A DNA stretch of 64,000 bases. Source: an uncultured Deferribacteres bacterium. GTDB taxonomy: Bacteria; Zhuqueibacterota; JdFR-76; BMS3Abin05. The notes below the pieces were generated by a model, which saw only the letters and a program-made list of their open reading frames with translations, searched no databases and was not told where the DNA came from. A program made the position numbers and the translations under genes. The stretch is taken from assembly GCA_964579725.1 (NCBI GenBank), contig CAZOHG010000009.1:16058-80057 (forward strand), given 5' to 3'. Positions within the stretch are counted from its first letter, which is position 1. Every line of letters starts with the position of its first letter. This document shows positions 1 through 8,874 of this stretch, one piece after another.

Positions 1-2477
1 ATACGTTAAGCTATAGCCTGCTTACCCATCCGGTGGCTATGTCTATCAATGGTTCTACCGGACTTATTAGCTGGATTCCGGATACAACGGATGCCGGCGA
101 TCACAATGTAGAGGTAAAAGTAACGGACAACCATGGTGGCGAGGATACCCAGAGTTTTGTTATTCATTGTATTCTGGCCAATACTTTTGCAATCCGCGTA
201 AATTCCGGCGGAGCTGCCTTTACAGATGCGGCTGGCCATCTGTTTGAAGCTGACCAGCCATTTACAGCCGGCAGTTGGGGTTATATTGGTGGTCATGCCT
301 GGTCAACTTCCCACGCCATTTCGGGAACGGTCGATGATACGCTTTACCAATTTGAGCGATACGGAATGACCGCATATAAATTCACCGTTCCAAATGGAGA
401 TTATCACGTGATCTTCCATTTTGCCGAAAACTATTGGAAATCTTCTGGAAAACGATTATTTTCGGTCGCCCTGGAAGGGACGCCTGTCTTGTCAAATTTG
501 GATCTTTATTCCGAAGCAGGTGGCGCTTTTCGAGCCTACGACCGTGATTTTGTTACCAATGTTACAGACAGCGTGTTGGATGTGGTGTTTCAAGCATCGG
601 TGAACAGCCCAAAAATAAACGCCATAGAAGTATTGAGCATACAGCCTGGCGCAAATCATAATCCTAAATTTACAACCACGCCTCCAACCAATGCCGTTAT
701 CGGCCAAACATATACTTATCTGGCTAAGGCGACGGATGCGGATGGTGATACGCTTACTTACAGCTTGGGAACTCATCCCGCGGGGATGACAATCGCGGAT
801 TCCACGGGTGCCATCGCTTGGATACCGGATAGTGTTCAAGTTGGAGACCAAAATGTCACAGTAAATGTCTCCGATGGAAAAGGCGGCATGGATTCACAGA
901 GTTTTGTAATCCATGTACAAAGTGAATCGCTTTTTCATCTATTTGTCAATGCGGGTGGGTCGAATTACACCGATAAAGCTGGCAATTTGTGGGTAGCGGA
1001 TCAGCCGTATTCCGACTCCCTCGGCTTTGGTTATGTGGGTGGAACCGCTTATGTAAAGAGTCATCCTATTGGAAATACGGAAGACGATCCACTTTATCAG
1101 ACGGAACGCTACGGAATGACGGAATACAAATTCAATGTTCCAAACGGACATTATGAAATCACCCTCCTTTTCGCTGAACTTTACTGGAATGCGCCTGGAA
1201 AACGCGTCTTTTCCGTTTCCATTGAAGGGGTAACGCGATTGGCTAATTTCGATATTTTTGGAGCTGTCGGAAAATGGAATGCAATTTCAAAAACCTATTT
1301 GGCAACGGTGACCGATGGTCAATTAAATCTTGCTTTCTCTGCTGCTGTCGATCATCCGAAAGTGGCCGCCATTGAGGTAAGTGGTACAAATATTAATACG
1401 AATCAACCGCCTGTTATTACGTCTACGCCTCAAACAATCGCGATTCAAGGCGTACAGTATAAATATGATGTGGAAGCCACTGATCCTGAAGGTGATCCGA
1501 TTACCTATAGTCTGAAGGAATCTCCCAACGGTATGACCATTAATTCCAATACAGGGCTTATTCAATGGGTACCAACTGAAAATGATTCGGGAGATATTCA
1601 GGTGAAGGTTCAGGCCAGCGATGGCAATGGTGGTACTGATGTGCAGGAATATTTTGTGCATGTGAGTTCCCCCACGGCCTTTCAATTGCGATTGAATGCG
1701 GGTGGCAATGCCTATACCGATGGCAATGGAAATATCTGGAATGCCGATCAAGCCTACATGCCGGGAAGCTGGGGATACGTCAATATTGACACTAGCAAAA
1801 CCTGGGCGACAACGGCAGATATTGCGAACACGGATGATGACCCGCTTTATCAAACCGAACGATGGGGCAATTTTAGTTACCAGTTCGACTTACCGAACGG
1901 AAATTATACTGTTGCTCTGAAATTTGCCGAGCTCTATTGGCATGCCCCCGGAAAACGGATTTTTGACGTCCGGATTGAAGGAACTACAGTAATTGATGAT
2001 TGGGATATGTATGCGGATATCGGATATCGCACGGCGGCGTCCAAAATATTCGCTGTCAATGTGTCTGATAATCAGCTCAATATTGATTTTCAGGCCTCCG
2101 TCGACAGCGCCAAGGTGTCGGCTATTGAAATTACCGGTGTCTGTGGAGCAATGGCCAAGCGGTTAGCTCAGAATGGAGGAGTGATGTCGGCGATTCCGGA
2201 TAAATATGGTTTAAGTGCCAACTATCCGAATCCGTTTAATCCCTCAACGACAATTGATTACCAGCTTCCGGAAACAGCTAATGTCAAAATGGTCATTTAC
2301 GATCTCTTGGGTCGACAAATCAGAATATTAATTGATAAAGATCAAGAAGCTGGTTATCATTCAGCTAAATGGGATGGGTGTAATGACAGTGGCATGCCTG
2401 TTTCCGCCGGAATTTATATTCTGAAATTCAAAGCCAATGCGTATACGGCAATTCGGAAGATGATTTTTATGAAGTGA
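1..2477 (+). CDS. Secreted multi-domain protein, 5' partial. Three tandem [cadherin-like/He_PIG Ig + malectin-like carbohydrate-binding] modules followed by a T9SS (Por) C-terminal sorting domain.
   Basis: The frame is open to the window edge. Positions 3-32 read TLSYSLLTHPVA upstream of the listed Met, matching later repeats TLTYSLGTHPAGMTIADSTGAIAWIPD and PITYSLKESPNGMTINSNTGLIQWVP. Three malectin-like blocks are present (DDxLYQxERYGM..YKF.VPNG.Y.V...FAE.YW..GKR.F.V..EG). The C-terminus NYPNPFNPSTTIDYQLP...AGIYILKF is a T9SS sorting domain. Confidence 0.8.
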   Translation, partial: TLSYSLLTHPVAMSINGSTGLISWIPDTTDAGDHNVEVKVTDNHGGEDTQSFVIHCILANTFAIRVNSGGAAFTDAAGHLFEADQPFTAGSWGYIGGHAWSTSHAISGTVDDTLYQFERYGMTAYKFTVPNGDYHVIFHFAENYWKSSGKRLFSVALEGTPVLSNLDLYSEAGGAFRAYDRDFVTNVTDSVLDVVFQASVNSPKINAIEVLSIQPGANHNPKFTTTPPTNAVIGQTYTYLAKATDADGDTLTYSLGTHPAGMTIADSTGAIAWIPDSVQVGDQNVTVNVSDGKGGMDSQSFVIHVQSESLFHLFVNAGGSNYTDKAGNLWVADQPYSDSLGFGYVGGTAYVKSHPIGNTEDDPLYQTERYGMTEYKFNVPNGHYEITLLFAELYWNAPGKRVFSVSIEGVTRLANFDIFGAVGKWNAISKTYLATVTDGQLNLAFSAAVDHPKVAAIEVSGTNINTNQPPVITSTPQTIAIQGVQYKYDVEATDPEGDPITYSLKESPNGMTINSNTGLIQWVPTENDSGDIQVKVQASDGNGGTDVQEYFVHVSSPTAFQLRLNAGGNAYTDGNGNIWNADQAYMPGSWGYVNIDTSKTWATTADIANTDDDPLYQTERWGNFSYQFDLPNGNYTVALKFAELYWHAPGKRIFDVRIEGTTVIDDWDMYADIGYRTAASKIFAVNVSDNQLNIDFQASVDSAKVSAIEITGVCGAMAKRLAQNGGVMSAIPDKYGLSANYPNPFNPSTTIDYQLPETANVKMVIYDLLGRQIRILIDKDQEAGYHSAKWDGCNDSGMPVSAGIYILKFKANAYTAIRKMIFMK

Positions 2478-2517
2478 ACAGTCGATTCATTTAGCGCAAA
2501 TTTTGGCAACATAAAAG

Positions 2518-2559
2518 AGCGGCGGATAGAGGCCAGCTAATGGCTATCCGCCGCTTTTA
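2518..2559. terminator. Bidirectional intrinsic terminator between convergent genes
   Basis: Perfect 12-bp stem AGCGGCGGATAG (2518-2529) / CTATCCGCCGCT (2544-2555). It is flanked by AAAA upstream and TTTT downstream. Confidence 0.75.
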
Positions 2560-2663
2560 ATGCATAAAAATACAAAGCAAGATCAAACAACTATTTGTTT
2601 CCGAATTGTCCGGCAATTTCCATTGGAAGACGCAAGTTGTTTGTTGGATAAAAAAGATTTCTC

Positions 2664-3227
2664 CTATTTTGCACAGGTGCTGTCGGCTGGAGGGACGGCG
2701 ACCGGAATCTGGCATTCTACTTTTCCGTTTTTGTGGTAAATCTCCAAAAAGGGGGTACCAGCCGTCAAGCCTTTCCGCCACAACCAGTCGTGTAATTTGG
2801 GGTACACTTTGACTTCTACCAGTCCGGGATTAGCCTTTATGGTTCCCACAACAACCTTGCGGCGGGGCAACATGACAATTTCCAACGGCGGTTTGGCCGT
2901 AACAATGCCCCTGACGATCACCCCGCCCTTGCTGCGCAGTTTGTTTTGCGGAACGGTTTTGGGATCGTCGTAGTACAGGCCGCACGGCTCCAAAATGGTA
3001 ACAGACGTCCCCGCAAGCATCTGGGTGACCTTTTTACTCTTTTTGATGGTCTTGTAGTAGGGCCCTGTGTTCGACAAACACACCAACGTGTAGGGGCCCT
3101 TTTCGGTCAATTCAATTTGGGGGGCATTGAAAAAGCCGATAAAATAAAGAACGCCAACGGCGAAAAGAACAGTCAAAAGGAGTACAACTCCCAGAAAACG
3201 AAGCAGTTTTTTCTGAAAAACAGTCAT
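2664..3227 (-). CDS. Membrane-anchored GyrI-like (small-molecule-binding) domain protein
   Basis: N-terminal TM helix LLRFLGVVLLLTVLFAVGVLYFIGFF, then about 150 aa with GyrI-like features (GPY..., GLYYDDPKTVPQNKLRSKGGV, FLEIY). The ATG at 3227 has GGAAAGGA upstream. The ORF-track start (GTG at 3245) is an alternative. Confidence 0.5.
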   Translation of the reverse strand: MTVFQKKLLRFLGVVLLLTVLFAVGVLYFIGFFNAPQIELTEKGPYTLVCLSNTGPYYKTIKKSKKVTQMLAGTSVTILEPCGLYYDDPKTVPQNKLRSKGGVIVRGIVTAKPPLEIVMLPRRKVVVGTIKANPGLVEVKVYPKLHDWLWRKGLTAGTPFLEIYHKNGKVECQIPVAVPPADSTCAK

Positions 3228-3392
3228 CTTGTCTTTCCTTTCCACTTACGATGTTGCTTCGAACCCGCCAGAAGAACCGGTCATTTGGTTATCTTCCGTT
3301 CGGCCACAGCGGTTGTTTTTGCCGAATTGAGGAAGCCAAAATCGGGCAAAAAGAAATTGCCCCGTTGTCCGACTTCCATTTTTGCAAAAATG

Positions 3393-4886
3393 CTATTGCC
3401 GCCGAAATTTTTCAAAGAATCCGGGCAGAAAAAAGCCCGCAGCCCCCAGAATCAGTCCGAATAAAATGTAACCCAGGCCCGTGGAAGCCAGCCAGTTGGG
3501 TTCCATTTTTTGAAGAAAATGCCAATGTTCCAAAAAATAACCCATTAGCGTTCCGACAAATCCCAGCGCGATGGAGCCGTAAATTTGTTTTTGCTGTGTT
3601 CCTCTCCGAAACGCTCCGAAAACCGGGAAAAAGACGGTTGTGGTCAGAAGCCCGGACGAGAGGTAAAAGATGTCCCACAACGAGTTGGTGAACAGGGCGT
3701 ACACGAAAGCCAGACCAATGGCCAGCACGGAAATCCAGCGAGCCAAGGCATTAAGCCGTTTGGGCGGCCATTTGGTACGCAACGCCGGTTCCAATAGATC
3801 GTAGGACAGCGACAACGCCACCACGTTCCCGCAAGTGTCCACTGTGGACATGGCGGCGGCAATGAGACCGATGCTAAGTACCAGACTGAGCCAGACGGGT
3901 GCATGTTCCCGCAACAAAACGGTAAAGATGAGCGAGCCGTCCTGAATTTTGGCGGGGATTTCACCGGACAAAGGCGGGTAGAGCGCCAGAGCTGCCAGGC
4001 CAATGACCAGCGGCAGGATTCCCACAAAAATCAGCGAGTTGAGCCCCGCCAGGGCAATGCCTTTTCGGGCTTCGGAATGGGAACGAGCCGCCTGTAACCG
4101 TACCCAAACGTCCGTTTCGACCAGCCAACCGGGCAAATAAGCCACGAAGGTCATCAGGACAAGGGCCGACCCGGGAGAAATCCACAGCGGCCAGCCGGGT
4201 TTCGCTTTGGGGGGATTGGGTAGCGCACGCAACCAGTCGGATACGCTTCCTGCTTTTGCTACCGAGGCGCTGTAGCCCACCACTGCAGTGGCCGCAATAA
4301 AAAGAGCCACAATGACAAATTGGATTTTATCTGTGGAGACGACAGCCTCAAATCCACCCGAAAACGAGTACAGGGCAACGACGAGGGCAATCAAAAAAAG
4401 AGCCGTTGGAAGTGAGATGCCTAAAAAAGGGGCGATTAAAATGCCGGCGGCGTAGATTTCAGCTCCGGCCCAGGTAACGAAGACCAGGATCAACGTTGGT
4501 GCCAAAAGCTGCCGCGCCCGGGAGCCGAAACGTTTTTCCAAAAGTTCCGGTTGAGAAAAAACCTGTAAACGGCGAAAAAGCGGCGACAGGAGAAAAAATC
4601 CCCCCATTGTAACCAGCCAGGGAATCACGAGAAGCCAGGCGGCGCCTGTTCCGTACCAGTAAAAAAGCTGAACATCGTACACGCAGGACCAACTGACGGA
4701 CATCATGCTGGCGGAAATGGACAAACCGATGGACCAACCCGAAAGAGCCTGATTGGCTGTCCAAAACGCCTGGTTGTCAAACTGCCGGCCGCGGCGTTTG
4801 TCGCGGAAATAGACAAAAAACCCAATAGCCACAACCAACAGACTGTAACTTACAAAACCTGTCCAGTAAATCCAATGGTTGTTCAC
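3393..4886 (-). CDS. Sodium:solute symporter (SSS) family transporter
   Basis: 497-aa polytopic membrane protein. The N-terminal region FWTANQALSGWSIGLSISASMMS and the overall hydrophobic pattern are typical of the SSS family. Substrate cannot be determined from the sequence. Confidence 0.75.
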   Translation of the reverse strand: MNNHWIYWTGFVSYSLLVVAIGFFVYFRDKRRGRQFDNQAFWTANQALSGWSIGLSISASMMSVSWSCVYDVQLFYWYGTGAAWLLVIPWLVTMGGFFLLSPLFRRLQVFSQPELLEKRFGSRARQLLAPTLILVFVTWAGAEIYAAGILIAPFLGISLPTALFLIALVVALYSFSGGFEAVVSTDKIQFVIVALFIAATAVVGYSASVAKAGSVSDWLRALPNPPKAKPGWPLWISPGSALVLMTFVAYLPGWLVETDVWVRLQAARSHSEARKGIALAGLNSLIFVGILPLVIGLAALALYPPLSGEIPAKIQDGSLIFTVLLREHAPVWLSLVLSIGLIAAAMSTVDTCGNVVALSLSYDLLEPALRTKWPPKRLNALARWISVLAIGLAFVYALFTNSLWDIFYLSSGLLTTTVFFPVFGAFRRGTQQKQIYGSIALGFVGTLMGYFLEHWHFLQKMEPNWLASTGLGYILFGLILGAAGFFLPGFFEKFRRQ

Positions 4887-5051
4887 ACTGTCTCCTCAAT
4901 CGTGCCCGAATAGTTTGGTGTGAAAATGTAGTCATTGTAAGGGAAATCCGCAACAAATTTATTCAACAAGTGCAAAATTTTGTGAAACGCGTTGTTTTGT
5001 TCAACTACACAAAAAACAAAAATCAAGAAAAACAAAAAAGCCAAAAAGTTC

Positions 5052-5084
5052 TTGAAAAGCAGACGGTTCTTTTGTAAATTAAAT
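5052..5084 (+). promoter_or_regulatory. Sigma-70-type promoter for fba: TTGAAA-N17-TAAATT(AAAT)
   Basis: TTGAAA at 5052-5057, exact 17-nt spacer, TAAATTAAAT at 5075-5084, about 90 nt upstream of the fba ATG. The same architecture recurs upstream of at least 5 other genes in this window. Confidence 0.6.
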
Positions 5085-5172
5085 CAATTTGAGATGGCTT
5101 GGAAACAGTGCAAGTTTCGGTTTTGAACGAAAAGCAAATGGAAAGTCCACATAAAATGAAGGAGATGCTACC

Positions 5173-6096
5173 ATGAGTTTGGTTTCGGGTAAAGTGATTT
5201 TGGATGCGGCAAATGAAGGCAGCTATGCCGTGGGTGCGTTCAATATTAATAATATGGAAATTTTGCAGGCGATTATTGAGGCAGCCGAGGAGGAAAAAGC
5301 GCCCGTCATGATCGCGGCCAGCGAAGGAGCGATTAAATACGCGGGACTGGACTACCTGGTTAGCATGGTGCGCACGGCGGCCGAAAAGAGCTCCATTCCC
5401 GTGGCACTGCATTTGGACCACGGCACGCATTTTGACGTCATCATGCGTTGCCTGCGTGGCGGATTTACCTCGGTCATGATCGACGCCTCTTCCAAACCAT
5501 TTGATGAAAATGTGCGATTGACCAAACAAATTGTGGACATTGCACATCCCATGGGGGTGTCTGTAGAGGCGGAATTGGGCCGACTCATGGGTATTGAAGA
5601 TCAGATTTCGGTAGCCGAGCGGGACGCCGTTCTGGTGGATCCGGACGAAGCGGAGAAATTCGTGGAACTGACACAGGTCGATTTCCTGGCGCCGGCCATC
5701 GGTACGTCTCACGGCGCTTTTAAATTTAAGGGAGAGGCCAAATTGGATTTCGATCGCCTGAAAAAAGTCAAGGCCAAAACAGGCATCCCGTTGGTGCTGC
5801 ACGGTGCTTCCGGCGTTCCGCAGCACCTGCTGGACACCATTAATCAATACGGCGGGGATATTGCAGGCGCTAAGGGGCTGCCAGGAGACGAATTGAAAGA
5901 AGCGATTCGGCACGGCATTAACAAAGTCAATACCGACACCGATCTGCGGTTAGCCATGACGGCGGCTCTCAGAAAAGTATTAGCCGAAAACAAGAGTGTG
6001 TTCGATCCGCGAAAGATTTTGGGCCCGGCACGCGATCTCATGAAAGAAATTGTCAAAGAACGCATTCGACTTTTTGGCTCTTCCAACAAGGCGTAG
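5173..6096 (+). CDS. fba: Class II fructose-1,6-bisphosphate aldolase
   Basis: GAFNINNMEILQAIIEAAEEEKAPVMI, VALHLDHG, SVMIDAS, VEAELG, IGTSHGAFKF and LVLHGASG are hallmark class II FBA/tagatose-bisphosphate aldolase motifs. Length is 307 aa. Confidence 0.93.
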   Translation: MSLVSGKVILDAANEGSYAVGAFNINNMEILQAIIEAAEEEKAPVMIAASEGAIKYAGLDYLVSMVRTAAEKSSIPVALHLDHGTHFDVIMRCLRGGFTSVMIDASSKPFDENVRLTKQIVDIAHPMGVSVEAELGRLMGIEDQISVAERDAVLVDPDEAEKFVELTQVDFLAPAIGTSHGAFKFKGEAKLDFDRLKKVKAKTGIPLVLHGASGVPQHLLDTINQYGGDIAGAKGLPGDELKEAIRHGINKVNTDTDLRLAMTAALRKVLAENKSVFDPRKILGPARDLMKEIVKERIRLFGSSNKA

Positions 6097-6104
6097 CTTT
6101 TGTC

Positions 6105-6136
6105 GGGGGGAGGCCAATCGCTTCCCCCCTGTTTTT
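6105..6136 (+). terminator. Intrinsic terminator after fba
   Basis: Stem GGGGGGA (6105-6111) / TCCCCCC (6123-6129), followed by TGTTTTT. Confidence 0.7.
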
Positions 6137-6153
6137 GACTCAATGAGGCTTCA

Positions 6154-7113
6154 ATGACGCATCTATTCGGGCCTGTACCGTCCAGGCGATTGGGGGTTTC
6201 ACTGGGAATCGATCCCATCCCCAAAAAAGTTTGTACCCTCGACTGTGTGTACTGCGAAGTGGCACAGACCTCCTTCAAAACACTGGAGCGAAAAGAATAC
6301 ATTCCCGCCGATGAGATTCTGAGGGAGCTTCGCGAATATTTGGCCGCTGACCACGTCCCCTTAGATTTCATTACCTTTTCCGGTTCGGGTGAACCCACAC
6401 TAAACAGCCAATTGGGCAAGCTCATTCGGGAAATAAAAAAAATGACCCGTGTTCCGGTCGCCGTGATTACCAACGGAACGCTGCTTTGGCGTGCGGACGT
6501 TCGCCAGGATTTGCTCGCTGCCGATCTGGTCATGCCGTCGTTGGATGCGGCTTCGCAGAAATATTTTCTCAAAGTAAACCACCCGCCAAAAGACCTGTCG
6601 ATTGAGCAGGTTATTGAGGGGCAAATTCAATTTCGGCAGGAATACGCCGGGCCCATTTGGCTGGAAATCCTGATTGTCCGAAATGTTAACGACAAGGTGG
6701 AAGAGTACCGACGGCTGGCAGAAGCCGTGCGAAAAATAAATCCCGATCGGGTTCAATTGAACACTGTGGTGCGCCCGCCCGGCCACGGACGCGCTCAGCC
6801 AGTTACGCGTGCAGAATTGGAAAAACTGGCGGCCATTATCGGGCCAAAGGCTGAGATCATTGCTTCCTTCAATCGCGAAACCAACAAAGCATACCGAAGG
6901 GAAATTGAGGCTGAGTTAGAAGAATTACTCAAAATTCGTGCCTGTACTTTGGAGGAATTGACGGAATCCATTGGTGTGCACAGAGACGAACTCCTCAAAT
7001 ATATTGAATTGTTTCGTGAAGACGGACGTTTGCAGGAAATTCAATTTGAGGGGAAAAAATATTTCAAAATTCCCCCTGAAACAGAATGGAGTGAGAAAGG
7101 GGCTGTCAAATGA
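6154..7113 (+). CDS. Radical SAM protein of uncharacterised subfamily, with a C-terminal winged-helix-like extension
   Basis: CTLDCVYCE is the CxxxCxxC 4Fe-4S/SAM motif. The N-terminal signature is GPVPSRRLGVSLGI, and FSGSGEPTL is the SAM-binding motif. The C-terminal ~70 aa (LEELTESIGVHRDELLKYIELFREDGRLQEI) looks HTH-like. The stop overlaps the next start (ATGA at 7110-7113). Confidence 0.8.
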   Translation: MTHLFGPVPSRRLGVSLGIDPIPKKVCTLDCVYCEVAQTSFKTLERKEYIPADEILRELREYLAADHVPLDFITFSGSGEPTLNSQLGKLIREIKKMTRVPVAVITNGTLLWRADVRQDLLAADLVMPSLDAASQKYFLKVNHPPKDLSIEQVIEGQIQFRQEYAGPIWLEILIVRNVNDKVEEYRRLAEAVRKINPDRVQLNTVVRPPGHGRAQPVTRAELEKLAAIIGPKAEIIASFNRETNKAYRREIEAELEELLKIRACTLEELTESIGVHRDELLKYIELFREDGRLQEIQFEGKKYFKIPPETEWSEKGAVK

Positions 7114-7628
7114 AACGCATTTTAGTGACATCCAGCCAACCGGATTTGGAAGGCAAAATGGAAAAACGGTTTGGGCATTCAAAATATTTTATTTTCGCCG
7201 ATTTGGACACGTTGGAATACAAAGCCATTCCTAACGCGGTGGACGGCCAAAATAGTCTTAGCATTCGCCAACTTTTGGACATGAGGCCAGATGCCGTCAT
7301 TACCGGAAACATCGGGCCCGGTTCGTTCGAGACGCTTCGAGCGGCCAATATCCCCGTATTTGTGGTTCGGGGGAAAACCGTTCGACAGGCGCTGGAGGCA
7401 TTGCGTGCCGGTGAATTGACGCCGGCGGACAAACCGACCATGAAAAACAGTCCCCACGATGGCGGGGGGTTCGGTTTAGGGCACCACGACGAGACTCACG
7501 AACACGAGCACGGAGAAGGATTTGGGAGAGGACTGGGTCGGGGGTTGGGCAGAGGCATGGGAAGAGGACGCGGCATGGGCGGAGGAATGGGTTTGGGGCG
7601 AGGCTTAGGCCGTGGTAGGCGAAAATAA
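7110..7628 (+). CDS. NifB/NifX-family (FeMo-cofactor-binding fold) protein with a His/Glu-rich patch and a Gly-Arg repeat C-terminal tail
   Basis: RFGHSKYFIFADLDT...AVITGNIGPGSFETLRAANIPVFVV matches the NifX/NafY/NifB C-terminal-domain fold family. The tail from about 7452 reads GGGFGLGHHDETHEHEHGEGFGRGLGRGLGRGMGRGRGMGGGMGLGRGLGRGRRK. Confidence 0.75.
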   Translation: MKRILVTSSQPDLEGKMEKRFGHSKYFIFADLDTLEYKAIPNAVDGQNSLSIRQLLDMRPDAVITGNIGPGSFETLRAANIPVFVVRGKTVRQALEALRAGELTPADKPTMKNSPHDGGGFGLGHHDETHEHEHGEGFGRGLGRGLGRGMGRGRGMGGGMGLGRGLGRGRRK

Positions 7629-7798
7629 AATTCGGGTTGAACCGAAGCGACGCTTTGCCAAAAAACGATTCAATTCGGTCGGTTCGTACATTGTGGGTCG
7701 TTGGCTCGATTTAGTGTGATCGCCGGACCATTTTGGGACGGAAGTGAGTACCCATTGGTTTTTGGGATTTTGGGCAATCAAGCGCAGGGAGAAGAATC

Positions 7799-7948
7799 AT
7801 GTGGACAATTTTGACGATTTTGTTGGCAATCTTGGTGTACGTGGCGTACGTCAAATGGGGGCGCTTTTGGAATTTGTTCAAACGCGGTGGTTGGGTGATT
7901 TTGGGGCTCTACGCCGTGCTGGCTGTTTGGTATTTTCACCATTTTTGA
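7799..7948 (+). CDS. Small (49 aa) two-TM membrane protein, not in the supplied ORF track
   Basis: My translation is MWTILTILLAILVYVAYVKWGRFWNLFKRGGWVILGLYAVLAVWYFHHF. Two hydrophobic helices are separated by a basic loop. RBS GGGAGAAG (7787-7794) sits 4 nt before the ATG. The ORF is 62 nt upstream of and co-oriented with the protease genes. Confidence 0.5.
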   Translation: MWTILTILLAILVYVAYVKWGRFWNLFKRGGWVILGLYAVLAVWYFHHF

Positions 7949-8010
7949 TTTCAGCCAGTCCTTGTGGGTAAACGGAAGCGTGTTCGTCCAAAAGGTAAGG
8001 AGGAGAATCG

Positions 8011-8862
8011 ATGGGTTCCATGGCCGATCTGTTTTGGCTGTTGTTTATTATTGCCGCTCTGATTCCGGTTTTTCAAAAGAGAGCCTTAGAAGCGGCGCGA
8101 ATTAAAATGCTTCACCGTCTGGAGCAAAAGCGCAAATCGCGGGTTATTGCGATGATTCACCGTCAGGAAACGATGGCATTTTTGGGATTTCCCCTGGTCA
8201 AATACATCGATATCCACGATTCTGAGCAGATCTTGCGCGCTATTCGGCTGACGCCAAAAGATATGCCCATCGACCTGATTGTGCACACCCCGGGCGGACT
8301 GGTGTTAGCTGCTGAGCAAATTGCCAACGCCATTCACAAACATCCCTCCAAAGTAACCGTTATGGTACCGCACTACGCCATGTCTGGTGGGACCTTGTTG
8401 GCTCTGGCCGCAGATGAAATCATCATGGACGAAAGTGCCGTGCTGGGACCGGTAGACCCCCAATTGGGGGACAAACCAGCGGCCTCCATTTTGAAGATTC
8501 TCAAAGAGAAAAAGTACGACGAAATCGAAGACGAAACCCTGATTTTGGCCGACGTGAGTGAAAAGGCCATTAAGCAAATTCGCACGTTTGTTCAATCCAT
8601 TCTGACGAAAAGTTTGGGTGAAAAGAAGGCCAAGGAATTGGCCGCCATTTTAACCGAAGGGCGCTGGACACACGATTACCCGATTACCGTGGACGAAGCC
8701 CGAGAGTTGGGATTGAAGGTGTCAACCGATCTGCCCGAAGAAGTGTACAAACTCATGGATTTGTATCCTCAACCCGGTCAGCAAAAGGCCTCGGTTCAAT
8801 ACATTCCCATCCCCTACCGCCGGCCAGGGAATTCGCACGAAGCCAACCATTCACGAAAATAG
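8011..8862 (+). CDS. SDH-family (serine dehydrogenase proteinase) ClpP-fold membrane serine protease, copy 1
   Basis: N-terminal TM LFWLLFIIAALIPVF. Family motifs RVIAMIHRQE, DLIVHTPGGLVLAAEQIA and VPHYAMSGGTLLALAADEIIMD (Ser nucleophile context) are typical of the SDH_sah / ClpP-like family. RBS AAGGAGGAG. Confidence 0.8.
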   Translation: MGSMADLFWLLFIIAALIPVFQKRALEAARIKMLHRLEQKRKSRVIAMIHRQETMAFLGFPLVKYIDIHDSEQILRAIRLTPKDMPIDLIVHTPGGLVLAAEQIANAIHKHPSKVTVMVPHYAMSGGTLLALAADEIIMDESAVLGPVDPQLGDKPAASILKILKEKKYDEIEDETLILADVSEKAIKQIRTFVQSILTKSLGEKKAKELAAILTEGRWTHDYPITVDEARELGLKVSTDLPEEVYKLMDLYPQPGQQKASVQYIPIPYRRPGNSHEANHSRK

Positions 8863-8874
8863 GAGACCCCTCGG

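Noticed and set aside
5402-5416. Sigma-54-like TGGCAC-N5-TTGG
   Set aside because: It lies inside the fba coding sequence (it encodes VALHLDH), and the -12 element is TTGG rather than TTGC. This is coincidental.
5023-6572. Minus-strand ORFs 5023..5913 (296 aa) and 5844..6572 (242 aa), antisense to fba and the radical-SAM gene
   Set aside because: Both are fully antisense to genes with strong family signatures. Neither has an RBS or recognisable motifs.
7744-7971. 75-aa ORF (MSTHWFLGFWAIKRREKNH...) overlapping the proposed 49-aa miniprotein in another frame
   Set aside because: It has a GTG start without an RBS and a non-hydrophobic, Arg/Gly-rich product. The alternative frame gives a clean two-TM peptide with an SD, so I preferred that one, although both remain unverified.
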